This document shows positions 28,116 through 37,528 of a stretch of 64,000 bases of DNA, one piece after another (positions within the stretch are counted from its first letter, which is position 1; each line of letters opens with the position of its first letter). Source of the DNA: Candidatus Geothermincolia bacterium (lineage in GTDB: Bacteria; Actinomycetota; Geothermincolia; Fen-727; Anoxymicrobiaceae); contig JBBQKJ010000010.1 of NCBI GenBank assembly GCA_038326775.1, forward strand, positions 7,236-71,235, in the 5' to 3' direction. A program made the translations under genes and the position numbers. The notes under the pieces were generated by a model. The model worked only from the letters and a program-made list of their open reading frames with translations. It had not been told where the DNA came from and did no database searches.

Positions 28116-29618
28116 TCACCTTCCGGCTGCTTTCACGTCGAGTATCTCGGTTGTCATCTCGTCGAGGCCAAGGGCGCGCAGCCTCTCCCTGTTTCCCCGA
28201 AGCGATTCGACCGCGTTGACGCCCAGCGCCCCCAGTATCTCCTTCAGCTCGAGCGACCACGCGTTTATGAGGTTCACCAACCGCTCGGCCCCCCAGTCGG
28301 GGTCAAGCCTTCCGGTGAGCTCCGGCCGCTGGGTGGCCAGGCCCCAGGAGCAGTTCCCGGTATAGCACTTCTGGCAGAGCCTGCACCCCAGCGCGATGAG
28401 CGCGGCCGTGCCTACGCCCACGGCGTCCGCCCCCAGCGCTATCGCCTTTGCCACGTCGGCGCTGGACCGTATTCCCCCCGCCGCGATGATCGAGACCCAG
28501 TTCCTTATGCCTTCACTGCGAAGCTGCTGATCGACGACGGCAAGCGCTATCTCGACGGGGATGCCCACGTGATCGCGTATGACCGCCGGGGCCGCCCCCG
28601 TTCCGCCGCGGAACCCGTCCAGGTAGATGATATCGGCCCCCGCTCTCGCGATTCCGCTGGCGATGGCCGCTACGTTGTGTACGGCCGCTATCTTGACCGA
28701 CACCGGCTTGTAGCCGGTCGCCTCTTTGATCGCGTAGATCAACTGCCGCAGGTCCTCTATGGAATAGATGTCGTGGTGTGGGGCGGGCGAAAGCGCGTCG
28801 GTGCCGATCGGTATCATGCGCGTACTCGAAACTTCTCTTCCTATCTTCTCCCCCGGCAGGTGGCCGCCGATGCCGGGCTTGGCGCCCTGGCCCACCTTGA
28901 TCTCGACCGCCACGCCTCGGTTGAGGTACTCGGAGTGGACCCCGAACCTGCCAGACGCGCACTGGACTATTACATTGTCGGCGTAAGGATACAACTCCTC
29001 GTGAAGCCCGCCCTCACCGGTGTTCATTACCGTCCCCAGCCGTTCCGCCGCGATTGCCAGCGCCTTGTGGACGTTGAGGCTGACCGACCCGTAAGACATC
29101 CCGCTGAATATTATCGGAATGTCCAGCTTTATATTGTTGCTTATCTTCGTGTCCAGCTTGTAACCGCCGTTTGAGGGCTCCAAGACCAGACGGTCTGGCT
29201 TGCGGCCAAGGTATGTGCGCAGCTCCATAGGTTCGCGCAGCGGGTCGATTGAAGGGTTTGTGACCTGGCAGGCGTCTATCAGCAGGTGGTCGAACACGTT
29301 CAGCCAGGGCTGGTCGTTGCCCATGCCGGTCAGTATCATGCCGGAGCTCTCCGCCTGCTTCCATATTGCCTTGCGACGGTCGACATCCCAGGAGGCGTGC
29401 TCGCGGAACGCCAGCGGGTTTCGGGCGATGGATATCGCCTCCTCCGGGCAGAACACCACGCACCTGTGGCAGGCGACGCACTTTGAGGCATCCGACGTGA
29501 CCCTGTCCTTGAAGTCGAAGACCCCGAACCCGCAGTTGAGCGTGCAGCGTTTGCACTTACGGCATCGCTCGTGGTCCACGACCACCTGGAACTCGTTCGT
29601 AACCATGTTGCCCGGCAT
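28116..29618 (-). CDS. Glutamate synthase FMN/Fe-S central domain with N-terminal 2x[4Fe-4S] ferredoxin domain
   Basis: N-terminus CRKCKRCTLNCGFG...CVACHRCVVFCP; the core has GOGAT central-domain motifs (...GEGGLHEE..., ...GQGAKPGIGGHLPGEKI..., ...LDGFRGGTGAAP...). Confidence 0.85.
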   Translation of the reverse strand: MPGNMVTNEFQVVVDHERCRKCKRCTLNCGFGVFDFKDRVTSDASKCVACHRCVVFCPEEAISIARNPLAFREHASWDVDRRKAIWKQAESSGMILTGMGNDQPWLNVFDHLLIDACQVTNPSIDPLREPMELRTYLGRKPDRLVLEPSNGGYKLDTKISNNIKLDIPIIFSGMSYGSVSLNVHKALAIAAERLGTVMNTGEGGLHEELYPYADNVIVQCASGRFGVHSEYLNRGVAVEIKVGQGAKPGIGGHLPGEKIGREVSSTRMIPIGTDALSPAPHHDIYSIEDLRQLIYAIKEATGYKPVSVKIAAVHNVAAIASGIARAGADIIYLDGFRGGTGAAPAVIRDHVGIPVEIALAVVDQQLRSEGIRNWVSIIAAGGIRSSADVAKAIALGADAVGVGTAALIALGCRLCQKCYTGNCSWGLATQRPELTGRLDPDWGAERLVNLINAWSLELKEILGALGVNAVESLRGNRERLRALGLDEMTTEILDVKAAGR

Positions 29619-30739
29619 CAGAGGTCACCCTTCAGTTCCCCGATGACCGGCTGGCCCGCGCTCGGGGCCCATACACGGTCCGGCCGTGGACATATTTGCC
29701 TAATGGCCGACTCCTCGCTCGAGATATAGAGGAAGTCATCCTTACCGGCCGCGACAAGCGGCCGCAGCTTTATCCTGTCGTTCAAACCGACTATGCCGCG
29801 GGAGTATCCCACGATCACCGCGAACGGCCCGTTCACGAGCGCGCTGCCGTAGGCCACGCGCAGAGCCTCCTCGAGCTCACGCTCGATCGGGTCGGACTCG
29901 TTATCTATGTCTTTCCAGAAAGGCGCCGCCAGAACTTTGCAGGCGACCTCGAGAGGCAACCTGTGCTTACGGACAAGGAGGTCAAACAGGTACGCCATCA
30001 CCTCTGTGTCTGTCAGCAGCGTGCACTCGTAGCCGAACATCTCCAGGTAGCGCTTGTTGATGCCGTAGGAGGATATCTCGCCGTTGTGCACGACAGCCCA
30101 GTCGAGGATATTAAACGGGTGGGCGCCTCCCCACCAACCGGGTGTATTCGTGGGAAATCTTCCGTGGCCTATCCAGCTGTAACCCGAGTAATCGGGCAGG
30201 CGGTAGAACTCGCCTACGTCCTCCGCGAACCCGACCGCCTTGAATACCCCCATGTTCTTGCCACTTGAGAAGACGAAGGTCCCCGGCACAGTCGTATTGA
30301 TGCCCATGACCAGCCTTACCATGAAGTCATCTGGCTCGATTGCCTCAGCAAGGAGCTTCTCTCCCCTCGGCAGTGCGAAGTAACGGCGCAGTTCGGGAAC
30401 GTCCTGTATCTGGGGGCTCGGAAGTGTAGGTATCTCCTCGGCGGCCTCGACCTCGAGGTTCATCTCGAGCATCTCCTCGCATGCGGCCCTGCCGTCAGCG
30501 TCCTCGAACATTATATGGAGCGCGTAGTGGTCATTGTATCTCGGGTATATCCCGTACCCCGCGAAGCCTCCGCCCAACCCGTTGCCCCGGTCGTGCAAGA
30601 CCTTCATTGACTCGATGATGACGTCTCCGCCTATCATCTTGCCGTCCTGGCTTATCACGCCGGAGAGCCCACAGGCCGCCGGGACACGGCTCTCGTCCAC
30701 TCGCCACTTCGAATACTTATCACCGAACGCCAATGTCAA
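29618..30739 (-). CDS. Glutamate synthase class-II (Ntn) glutamine amidotransferase domain protein
   Basis: ...ACGLSGVISQDG...HDRGNGLGGGFAGYGIY...HGRFPTNTPGWWGGAHPF... The putative nucleophile Cys lies at residue 23 of the annotated ORF, suggesting a propeptide or an alternative start. ATGA start/stop overlaps on both sides. Confidence 0.8.
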   Translation of the reverse strand: MTLAFGDKYSKWRVDESRVPAACGLSGVISQDGKMIGGDVIIESMKVLHDRGNGLGGGFAGYGIYPRYNDHYALHIMFEDADGRAACEEMLEMNLEVEAAEEIPTLPSPQIQDVPELRRYFALPRGEKLLAEAIEPDDFMVRLVMGINTTVPGTFVFSSGKNMGVFKAVGFAEDVGEFYRLPDYSGYSWIGHGRFPTNTPGWWGGAHPFNILDWAVVHNGEISSYGINKRYLEMFGYECTLLTDTEVMAYLFDLLVRKHRLPLEVACKVLAAPFWKDIDNESDPIERELEEALRVAYGSALVNGPFAVIVGYSRGIVGLNDRIKLRPLVAAGKDDFLYISSEESAIRQICPRPDRVWAPSAGQPVIGELKGDL

Positions 30740-32073
30740 CCATCCTTCCCTTCGAAAGTGTCCTTTAAGAGCCTGGCGAGCTCCGCGGTGCCGGGTTCAG
30801 CGACGGGCCCCAGACCCAGCCTGGCACGGGCTCTTTCCCTTGCCTTTCCCAGCACGCCCGTTTTATGGAACATCTCTATGCCCTGCAGCGTCTCGGCCGG
30901 ACCGATACCCCGATCGAGCGCCATGCGCTTGGCCTCCTTGAAGACCTTCATCATACCGAAGTTGTTCGGGCACATATCGGTGCAGGTGCCGCATTCCAGG
31001 CATTTCCATATATCGTCCCCGACGATGACCTCTTCAGCTTCTCCCGCCAGGATACGGGACAGGACACCGTGGGGTTGATACGTGTCATCGACCTGCGCTA
31101 CCGGACAATCGTTGGAGCATGATTCGCAGTCTACGCATGTGAGCATTGCCTGGTAGTCGAATTCTTCCGGTACGGCCCGGCGAATCCGCCGCAGCTCATC
31201 CCAGCGGTCAACAAACGGCTCGACCGGGACCCTGTGCATATCCAGGCCTAACTCCGCCGGGGAGAAGCCGAGCGCGAGCCCGGCAAGCTCCGTGTAATAC
31301 AAGACCGGGATGCTCATACCCTCCATCTGCTTCTGGATAACCATCTGCTGCGTCTCGAACTGCCCGAAGCACGCCGGGCAGGTAACGATCAATGCGTCCG
31401 CTTGCTCCCGCTCGAGCTCGAGCAGTTTGAGCCTGGCGCTTTCCATCGACTCCTCCGGGTTGCCCGCGCGCCCTAGAGCTTCGCCGCAGCACATGAGCTT
31501 GGACTCGTAATCTATACTGGTGGCTCCAAGGCACTCTACAAGGTGGTCGAGCTTCACTGGGTGCAGGGAGTCGTCCATACGTACTGTGGGCGACGGCCTC
31601 AAGACCTGGCAACCAACATGGACGCCCACCCTCATGCCATCGAGCCGGCGCTCCACCTTCCTGGCGATGACATCCGGCCCAACCTTGTCATGGAGCACCT
31701 CGACAATGTGATACACGGAAGTGCGGAAATTGTAGGAGAGGCCGATTTCCTCGAGGCGCCCCGATACTTGCTTCCGTAGCGCGCTCGAGGCGCTGAAGGC
31801 GCTTATCGCACTCCGGAAACTCGCGTAGCAACCGTTGCAGGCGACCAGCAGGTCGCCCCCGTTCTTCTCGGCTAGCGCAAGGTTGCGCGCGGCGGTAAGG
31901 TACCACGCCTCCTCCGAGAGCGTCTCAACGAGGAACTTCTCCGGGCAGCAAGTGAACCCCTCGACCTCTTGGTACCTGACGCCAAGCTCATCGAGCACCA
32001 GGCGCAGGGACTTCTCGAGGAAAGGAAACCTGCCAGGTATTGTGCAACCCCAGAAGAAAATGTACTCGCTCAC
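30736..32073 (-). CDS. Heterodisulfide-reductase-like Fe-S oxidoreductase: two CCG (HdrB-type) domains followed by HdrC-type 2x[4Fe-4S] ferredoxin domain
   Basis: CCG domain 1: WGC-x31-CCPEK-x35-CNGC. CCG domain 2: ...GCQV...MCCGE...CPAC. C-terminus: CVDCESCSNDCP and CLECGTCTDMCP. Confidence 0.75.
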   Translation of the reverse strand: MSEYIFFWGCTIPGRFPFLEKSLRLVLDELGVRYQEVEGFTCCPEKFLVETLSEEAWYLTAARNLALAEKNGGDLLVACNGCYASFRSAISAFSASSALRKQVSGRLEEIGLSYNFRTSVYHIVEVLHDKVGPDVIARKVERRLDGMRVGVHVGCQVLRPSPTVRMDDSLHPVKLDHLVECLGATSIDYESKLMCCGEALGRAGNPEESMESARLKLLELEREQADALIVTCPACFGQFETQQMVIQKQMEGMSIPVLYYTELAGLALGFSPAELGLDMHRVPVEPFVDRWDELRRIRRAVPEEFDYQAMLTCVDCESCSNDCPVAQVDDTYQPHGVLSRILAGEAEEVIVGDDIWKCLECGTCTDMCPNNFGMMKVFKEAKRMALDRGIGPAETLQGIEMFHKTGVLGKARERARARLGLGPVAEPGTAELARLLKDTFEGKDG

Positions 32074-32259
32074 TTGAATAGACGCTTCCTAACCTGTGTT
32101 TTCTTTCAATATCCTGCGAATTCTAGCACCCATAATACATACGTTCAATGACGGCCGCCAACGCCATCTTTGACCCCTTCATCGTGGTCACAGTCAAACG
32201 CAAAGCGCCCCACCGTGCACCAGGTGAGGCGAATTGCGGTCGCGGAAAGTCTCAATCTC

Positions 32260-33597
32260 TCATAATATCGACAGGTGGCATTCGAGCTCGTACTCGGTCA
32301 CTTGCGCCCTGTACTCCTCCCACTCGATCTTCTTGTCGATGATAAGGTTTTCGAACACGTGGTCGCCAAGGCACTCTCTCAACAGCTCGCTTTTCTCGGC
32401 AAGGCGTATGGCCTCCCAGAGGTCCTCCGGCAGCGACTCGATGCCAAGCTCCCTGCGCTCCCGCTCTCCCATCTCGTATATGTTGCGCTCGACGGGCTCA
32501 CCGGGGTCAATGTTTTCCTCCATGCCCTTGAGGCCCGCCGCTAGCATCGCGGCGAACGCCAGGTACGGGTTGGCGGCCGGGTCGGGCGAGCGGAACTCCA
32601 CCCTGGTGGACTTCTCCTTTCCCGGCTTGTACACGGGAACCCTGATCATGTCCGAGCGGTTGCGCCGCGCCCAGGACAGGTAGACGGGAGCCTCGTACCC
32701 GGGAACGAGCCTCTTATAGGAGTTAACCCACTGGTTTGTGACCAGGCACATTTCCGGGGCGTACTTCATGAGGCCGCCGATGAAGCTCTTGGCCTCCCTG
32801 GTCAGGAAATACTTGTCGTTCGCGTCGAAGAACGCGTTGGCGTCACCCTTGAACAGCGACATGTGCGTGTGCATCCCGCTGCCGTTCTCACCAAAAAGAG
32901 GCTTGGGCATGAAGGTCGCGTACACCCCGTGCTTCATTGCCACCTCCTTGATGACAAGACGGTAGGTCATTGCGTTGTCGGCCATCTGCAGGGCGTCGGT
33001 GTAGCGCAGGTCTATCTCGTGCTGGCTTGGGCCCACCTCGTGGTGGCTGTACTCGACCCCTATGCCCATCTCCTCGAGTGTTAGCACCATATCGCGGCGC
33101 AGGTCGCTTGCAACGTCCAGGGGGGTAAGATCAAAGTAGCCGCCGTGGTCTATCACCTCCGGAGGGTACTTATCGTTCGCGAAAACGTAGAACTCGAGTT
33201 CCGGCCCCACATAGAAGGTGTAGCCCAGATCCTGAGCCTTCATGAGGTTCCTCTTGAGCACGTAGCGCGGGTCGCCGGCATGCGGGCTGCGGTCTGGCTC
33301 GACTATGTCGCAGAACATGCGCGCCACGGCGCTATGGCCGCTGGGCCGCCAGGGCAGCAGGGCGAATGTTGAAGGGTCCGGCTGCGCGATCATATCGCTC
33401 TCGTCGATCCGGGCGAAACCCTGGATCGAGGACCCGTCGAACCCCATTCCGCTGTCCATGGCCTCCTCCAACTCCTCCCTGGTAATGGCGAAGCTCTTTA
33501 GGAAACCCAGGATATCGGTGAACCAGAGCCTTATGAACTTGACGTCGTGCTCCCTGACGGCCTCGAGTACGTACGCTTTGTCCGGGGTGTCAGTCAT
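32260..33597 (-). CDS. glnA: Glutamine synthetase type I
   Basis: ...KFIRLWFTDILGFLKSF...FDGSSIQGF... GS-I catalytic motifs (...NGSGMHTHMSLF...); about 445 aa. Confidence 0.92.
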   Translation of the reverse strand: MTDTPDKAYVLEAVREHDVKFIRLWFTDILGFLKSFAITREELEEAMDSGMGFDGSSIQGFARIDESDMIAQPDPSTFALLPWRPSGHSAVARMFCDIVEPDRSPHAGDPRYVLKRNLMKAQDLGYTFYVGPELEFYVFANDKYPPEVIDHGGYFDLTPLDVASDLRRDMVLTLEEMGIGVEYSHHEVGPSQHEIDLRYTDALQMADNAMTYRLVIKEVAMKHGVYATFMPKPLFGENGSGMHTHMSLFKGDANAFFDANDKYFLTREAKSFIGGLMKYAPEMCLVTNQWVNSYKRLVPGYEAPVYLSWARRNRSDMIRVPVYKPGKEKSTRVEFRSPDPAANPYLAFAAMLAAGLKGMEENIDPGEPVERNIYEMGERERRELGIESLPEDLWEAIRLAEKSELLRECLGDHVFENLIIDKKIEWEEYRAQVTEYELECHLSIL

Positions 33598-33653
33598 GAG
33601 CCCTCCCTTTGATCTGATGGCGTTCATTACGCATTTGATTGTAGGGCAGGGTT

Positions 33654-33691
33654 GTTTCGGAAATGTTTCCGACCGGTGAAATTGTTGTTAA
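33654..33691 (-). promoter_or_regulatory. 11-bp-phased box array TTAAC-n6-TTCAC-n6-GAAAC-n6-GAAAC (minus-strand reading) upstream of glnA; a -10-like TACAAT lies about 15 nt downstream
   Basis: Plus strand has GTTTC at 33654 and 33665, GTGAA at 33676 and GTTAA at 33687, exactly 11 nt apart. The same motif family appears upstream of amtB (7203-7229). Confidence 0.35.
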
Positions 33692-33717
33692 TAAAGCGAC
33701 GTCGCTATCGGGCTTCC

Positions 33718-34383
33718 TCAGGCGGAAACGAAACGGTAACCGACGCCGTGTACCGTCTCAATGTAACTCCGCTTACCCTCGATCTTGGCCCTCAGCCGGC
33801 GGACGTGGACGTCAACCGTTCTGGTCCCGCCGAAGTAGTCGTAGCCCCAGATGCCTCTGAGCAGCTCCTCCCTGGTGAACGCCTTCCCTGGTGAGCCCGC
33901 CAGCTTTCTCAGAAGCTCGAACTCTTTGAACGTGAGGTCTACCGGCTTTATGTCCAGGAAGACCTGGTGCGCTTCCAGGTTTATTACGAGCTCGCCGAAC
34001 ACCACGGCTTCGCCCTCTCCGCCGCGCCGGAGCGCGACCACTTTTACCCTGGAGACAAGCTCCCCGGCGCCACCCGGCGCCACCATGAAATCATCGACGA
34101 CCCTGAGGGTATCGGTGTCCTCCAGCCTGTCCATGCTTCCCATGGTTGTGATTAGCGGCACCCGGGACATCCATCCGCCGGCGCGGTTCATCGACGCCCT
34201 GGTTTCCCTGGCAAGGCGGGTGGGTGGGTTAGCGAGGACTACTGCGGAAAGGGGCTCGAGGTCCGGGCTCTCCAACTCGGAGGGGCTCTCGAGAAGTACT
34301 GCGGCAATATCCAGCAATTCCAACCCATCCAGCAGGCTGCCAGCATATTCCGACCCGTCACTGTGGAAAGCGTAAGCCGCCAT
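33718..34383 (-). CDS. OmpR/PhoB-family transcription regulator with degenerate receiver domain (GlnR-like orphan regulator)
   Basis: C-terminal winged helix ...FGELVINLEAHQVFLDIKPVDLTFKEFELLRKLAGSPGKAFTREELLRGIWGYDYFGGTRTVDVHVRRLRAKIE...GYRF. The N-terminal REC-like fold lacks the acidic pocket, and the phospho-Asp position reads ...AVVLANPP. Confidence 0.6.
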   Translation of the reverse strand: MAAYAFHSDGSEYAGSLLDGLELLDIAAVLLESPSELESPDLEPLSAVVLANPPTRLARETRASMNRAGGWMSRVPLITTMGSMDRLEDTDTLRVVDDFMVAPGGAGELVSRVKVVALRRGGEGEAVVFGELVINLEAHQVFLDIKPVDLTFKEFELLRKLAGSPGKAFTREELLRGIWGYDYFGGTRTVDVHVRRLRAKIEGKRSYIETVHGVGYRFVSA

Positions 34384-34392
34384 GGCCAGGCC

Positions 34393-35148
34393 TCACCCAC
34401 CAGAGTCCTGTTCCGCTGAGGCCACTCCTGGCACTCCGAATATCGGCACGGAAGCCCGCTTGTGCTCGCTTGCGGAGACCAGGCCCTTGACCCGGGCCAC
34501 TTCATCAGGCATTTCTACAGGGGTACGGCCCTGCTCCAGTGCCTTCAATATCGAGTCCATCTCCTGGTAGGTCATGCCCAATTCGCCCTCGTCGGTCTGT
34601 CCCTCCCACAGGCCCGCGCTTGGTGGCTTCGCAAGTATCGGCCCGGGCACCCCCAGGCTCGCGGCTATCTCGTAGAGGTCGGTCTTGTAGATATCGGCAA
34701 GAGGGCAGATGTCAGCGGCGCCATCCCCGTGCTTTGTGAAGTAACCCACGCTCCGCTCGCTCTTGTTGGAGGTGCCGACAATCATCATCCCGCGATCGTT
34801 TGCCAGGTAGTAAAGGGTTATCATGCGGAGTCTCGGCTTGATGTTCGAGATAGCCGCCTCGCCTCCGGGCGGCAGCACGGCCAGCAGGCTCTCGAGCACG
34901 GTTGAAAGGTCGATAGTCAGTGTTTTTATCTCGAACGCTTCGGCGGCAAGCAAGGCATCGTCCATATCGCGCCTACGGCTCATGCACGGCATTATCACCC
35001 CTAGCGCGCGGTCGCCAAGGGCTCTCTCGCACAGTGCTCCCACTACTGCGGAGTCCAGGCCGCCGGAAAGCCCGAAAACGGCTCCCTTTGCGCCTGCCGC
35101 TTTGGCCTGCTCTCTTATCCACAAGGTCAACTCTTCAATGATTCTCAT
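34393..35148 (-). CDS. nadE: NH3-dependent NAD+ synthetase (short form)
   Basis: ...GAVFGLSGGLDSAVVGAL... (PP-loop) ...MIVGTSNKSERSVGYFTKHGDGAADICPLADIYKTDLYEIA...; 251 aa, no nitrilase domain. Confidence 0.85.
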   Translation of the reverse strand: MRIIEELTLWIREQAKAAGAKGAVFGLSGGLDSAVVGALCERALGDRALGVIMPCMSRRRDMDDALLAAEAFEIKTLTIDLSTVLESLLAVLPPGGEAAISNIKPRLRMITLYYLANDRGMMIVGTSNKSERSVGYFTKHGDGAADICPLADIYKTDLYEIAASLGVPGPILAKPPSAGLWEGQTDEGELGMTYQEMDSILKALEQGRTPVEMPDEVARVKGLVSASEHKRASVPIFGVPGVASAEQDSGG

Positions 35149-35227
35149 GACGCTCCACGCTTTAAGCCCAATAACTGCCTATTGAAGATAATACTTCAGG
35201 TATGCGCTGCCGGAAACCCGGGAGGCC

Positions 35228-36586
35228 TCACAAGGCCCGCCGCAGGACCGCCGCGAACATCCCGTCGCTTCCGTCGGTGTCGCGGAAGAGCTCGAGGAAC
35301 GTCCCGCCGGCGCCTGGCCGTTGGCCCGAAGCCTCGATTGGCCCGAATCCGCTTTCTTTCTGGAGGAACAGATCGACCACATCCTGGTTTTCCCTTCTGG
35401 ATATGGTGCAGGTCGAGTAAACGAGCAGGCCTCCTGGTTTCACCATGGCGGCTCCTTCCCGTAGCAGGGCCAGCTGCAGCTTCGAGAGCCTTTCCACGTC
35501 TTCCGGCCTTTTTCTCCACCTCGTGTCAGGCCTCCGGGCGAACGTGCCAAGCCCGGTGCATGGCGCGTCGACCAGCACCCTGTCGAACTCCCCCTCGAGG
35601 TATGCTCTGGCGGTTGTCGAATCGAGCGCCCTTGTCTCAACGATTGTGTTGCCCAGCCTGCTCGCGGCCCCAGCAATCATCTCCAGACGCGCGGGGCTTA
35701 CGTCGAGGGCTGTCACCGACCCGATGTTCCTCATCAGCTCGGCCAGGTGATTGGCCTTTCCTCCCGGCGCTGCGCACATATCCAGCACCCGCATCCCGGG
35801 GGCCGGGTCCACTTGGTGGCCAACAAGAATTGAGCCCTGGTCCTGCACCGAAAACAGTCCACTCTGGTACTCGTAGAGCTCTGGAACCGAACCGCTTCCG
35901 CTGACAAGCAGCGCCTCGGGCGCCAGTTCGCCGCGGCGCACCTCCATGCCATGAGCCTGCAACTTCGCCTGCAGCTCCTCTGGAGTATTTCTCAACAGGT
36001 TGCATCTGATACTGAGCGAAGGCTGCTCGTTATCCGCGGCACAGAGGGACTCCGCGCGCTCGAAGCCAAGCTCCCTGACCCACATCTCGACCACCCAGCG
36101 CGGGTGGGAGTGGCGGACCTCCAGGTAAGAGAGTGGATCGCTGTCGCGGTCGGGCCACTCGATATTTTCCAGCCCACGCGCAAGCGCCCTTAGCACGCCG
36201 TTGACGTATCCCACCGCGCTCTCTCCCAGTTCGCTGCGAGTGAGGGCGGCGGCAAGGTCGCAAGTGGCGTAGTCTGGCACCTCGGTGAACATCACCTGGT
36301 AGGCAGACAAACGCAGAATCCACAGTACCCCCGGATCGAGAGTATCGAGAGCGCGGCTGGAGAACCGCGTGAGTGCCCAGTCGAGGGCGCTCTTCATACG
36401 AACCGTACCCTGCACCAGTTCGGTCACCAGGGCTCTGTCGCGCCTGTCCATCTCAGATGACGAGAGAGCTGCCGCCAGCAGATGATTTAGAAAAGCCCCA
36501 TCGCGCCCGTATTCCGCCAGCACCCCATAGGCGCACCTGCGCGCGCTCTCGCCCGCAGGTCTTGGCACTTCTCCGGAATATCTCAC
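35228..36586 (-). CDS. rsmB: 16S rRNA (cytosine967-C5)-methyltransferase (NusB-like N-domain + RsmB/Sun MTase)
   Basis: ...VLDMCAAPGGKANHLAEL... ...DRVLVDAPCTGLGTFARRPD... ...LLVYSTCTI... Confidence 0.85.
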   Translation of the reverse strand: MRYSGEVPRPAGESARRCAYGVLAEYGRDGAFLNHLLAAALSSSEMDRRDRALVTELVQGTVRMKSALDWALTRFSSRALDTLDPGVLWILRLSAYQVMFTEVPDYATCDLAAALTRSELGESAVGYVNGVLRALARGLENIEWPDRDSDPLSYLEVRHSHPRWVVEMWVRELGFERAESLCAADNEQPSLSIRCNLLRNTPEELQAKLQAHGMEVRRGELAPEALLVSGSGSVPELYEYQSGLFSVQDQGSILVGHQVDPAPGMRVLDMCAAPGGKANHLAELMRNIGSVTALDVSPARLEMIAGAASRLGNTIVETRALDSTTARAYLEGEFDRVLVDAPCTGLGTFARRPDTRWRKRPEDVERLSKLQLALLREGAAMVKPGGLLVYSTCTISRRENQDVVDLFLQKESGFGPIEASGQRPGAGGTFLELFRDTDGSDGMFAAVLRRAL

Positions 36587-37528
36587 GTCTCGGGCCTGTC
36601 TGAGAATCTTTCCCCGATCAGAAGGCGCTGACCGCGCGAGAACTCCCCGGCGGTCATGCGCTGCCTGCCCTCCGGTTGCATCAAGGCCACCCTCAAGCAG
36701 GCGGTCCCGGTATTCACCAGGAACCCTTCCTTTCCCATGTTCATCAAAGTACCGGGCTCATCCTCCGGCGGCACGTCCGTCACAAGCACCGACCAGATTT
36801 TTACCCTCTTGCCCCTGAAGAACGTGTAGGCTCCCGGTGCCGGATCGAAGGCCCGTACCAACCTGCCTATTTTCTCCGCTGGCTGGGACCAGTCTATCCT
36901 GCCTTCATCCGGATGCACGGCGGGGGCCATGGTGGCCTTGTCTTCCTCCTGGGCCACCGGCATGATAACCGCCGATTGCAGCCCGTCCAGGGTCTCCACG
37001 AGCAGGCGGGCCCCAACATGACCAAGCCGTTCGCCAAGGATACCGGCAGTGTCGAAATCGCTTATCGGGACCTCCTGGTGGAGGAGTATGTCTCCAGAGT
37101 CAAGCTTTCCGTTCATCCGGATCGTGGTCACCCCGGTTATGCTCGCTCCGTTCATCAGCGCGCGCTCGATCGGCGCTGCCCCCCGGTACCTGGGTAGAAG
37201 TGAAGGATGCAGGTTGACAAAGCCGAACGAAGGCAGCTCAAGCAGCCAGCCCGGGATGAGGCCGCCGTACGCGACTACGACCCCGGCGTCCCAGCCGATG
37301 CCGTCGGCCATCTCGGCGATTGCCTCCCGCGCGAGCGATACAGGCTGCCACACGGTGAGGCCGATCTCAATCGCACGCCTGACAACCGGCGTTGCCGCTT
37401 CCTTCAGGCCCCGCCCGGCCGGACGGTCAGGCATACCAACGACAGCGACGATCTCGTGCTCGCTCGAGTGTAGCGACTCGAGCGCTTCCAGCGCGAACCC
37501 GTCACTTCCGAAAAACAGTACTCTCAAG
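36583..37528 (-). CDS. fmt: Methionyl-tRNA formyltransferase
   Basis: ...RVLFFGSDGFA... ...GFVNLHPSLLPRYRGAAPIERAL... TTG start at 37526-37528, adjacent to the def stop (def-fmt operon). Confidence 0.88.
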
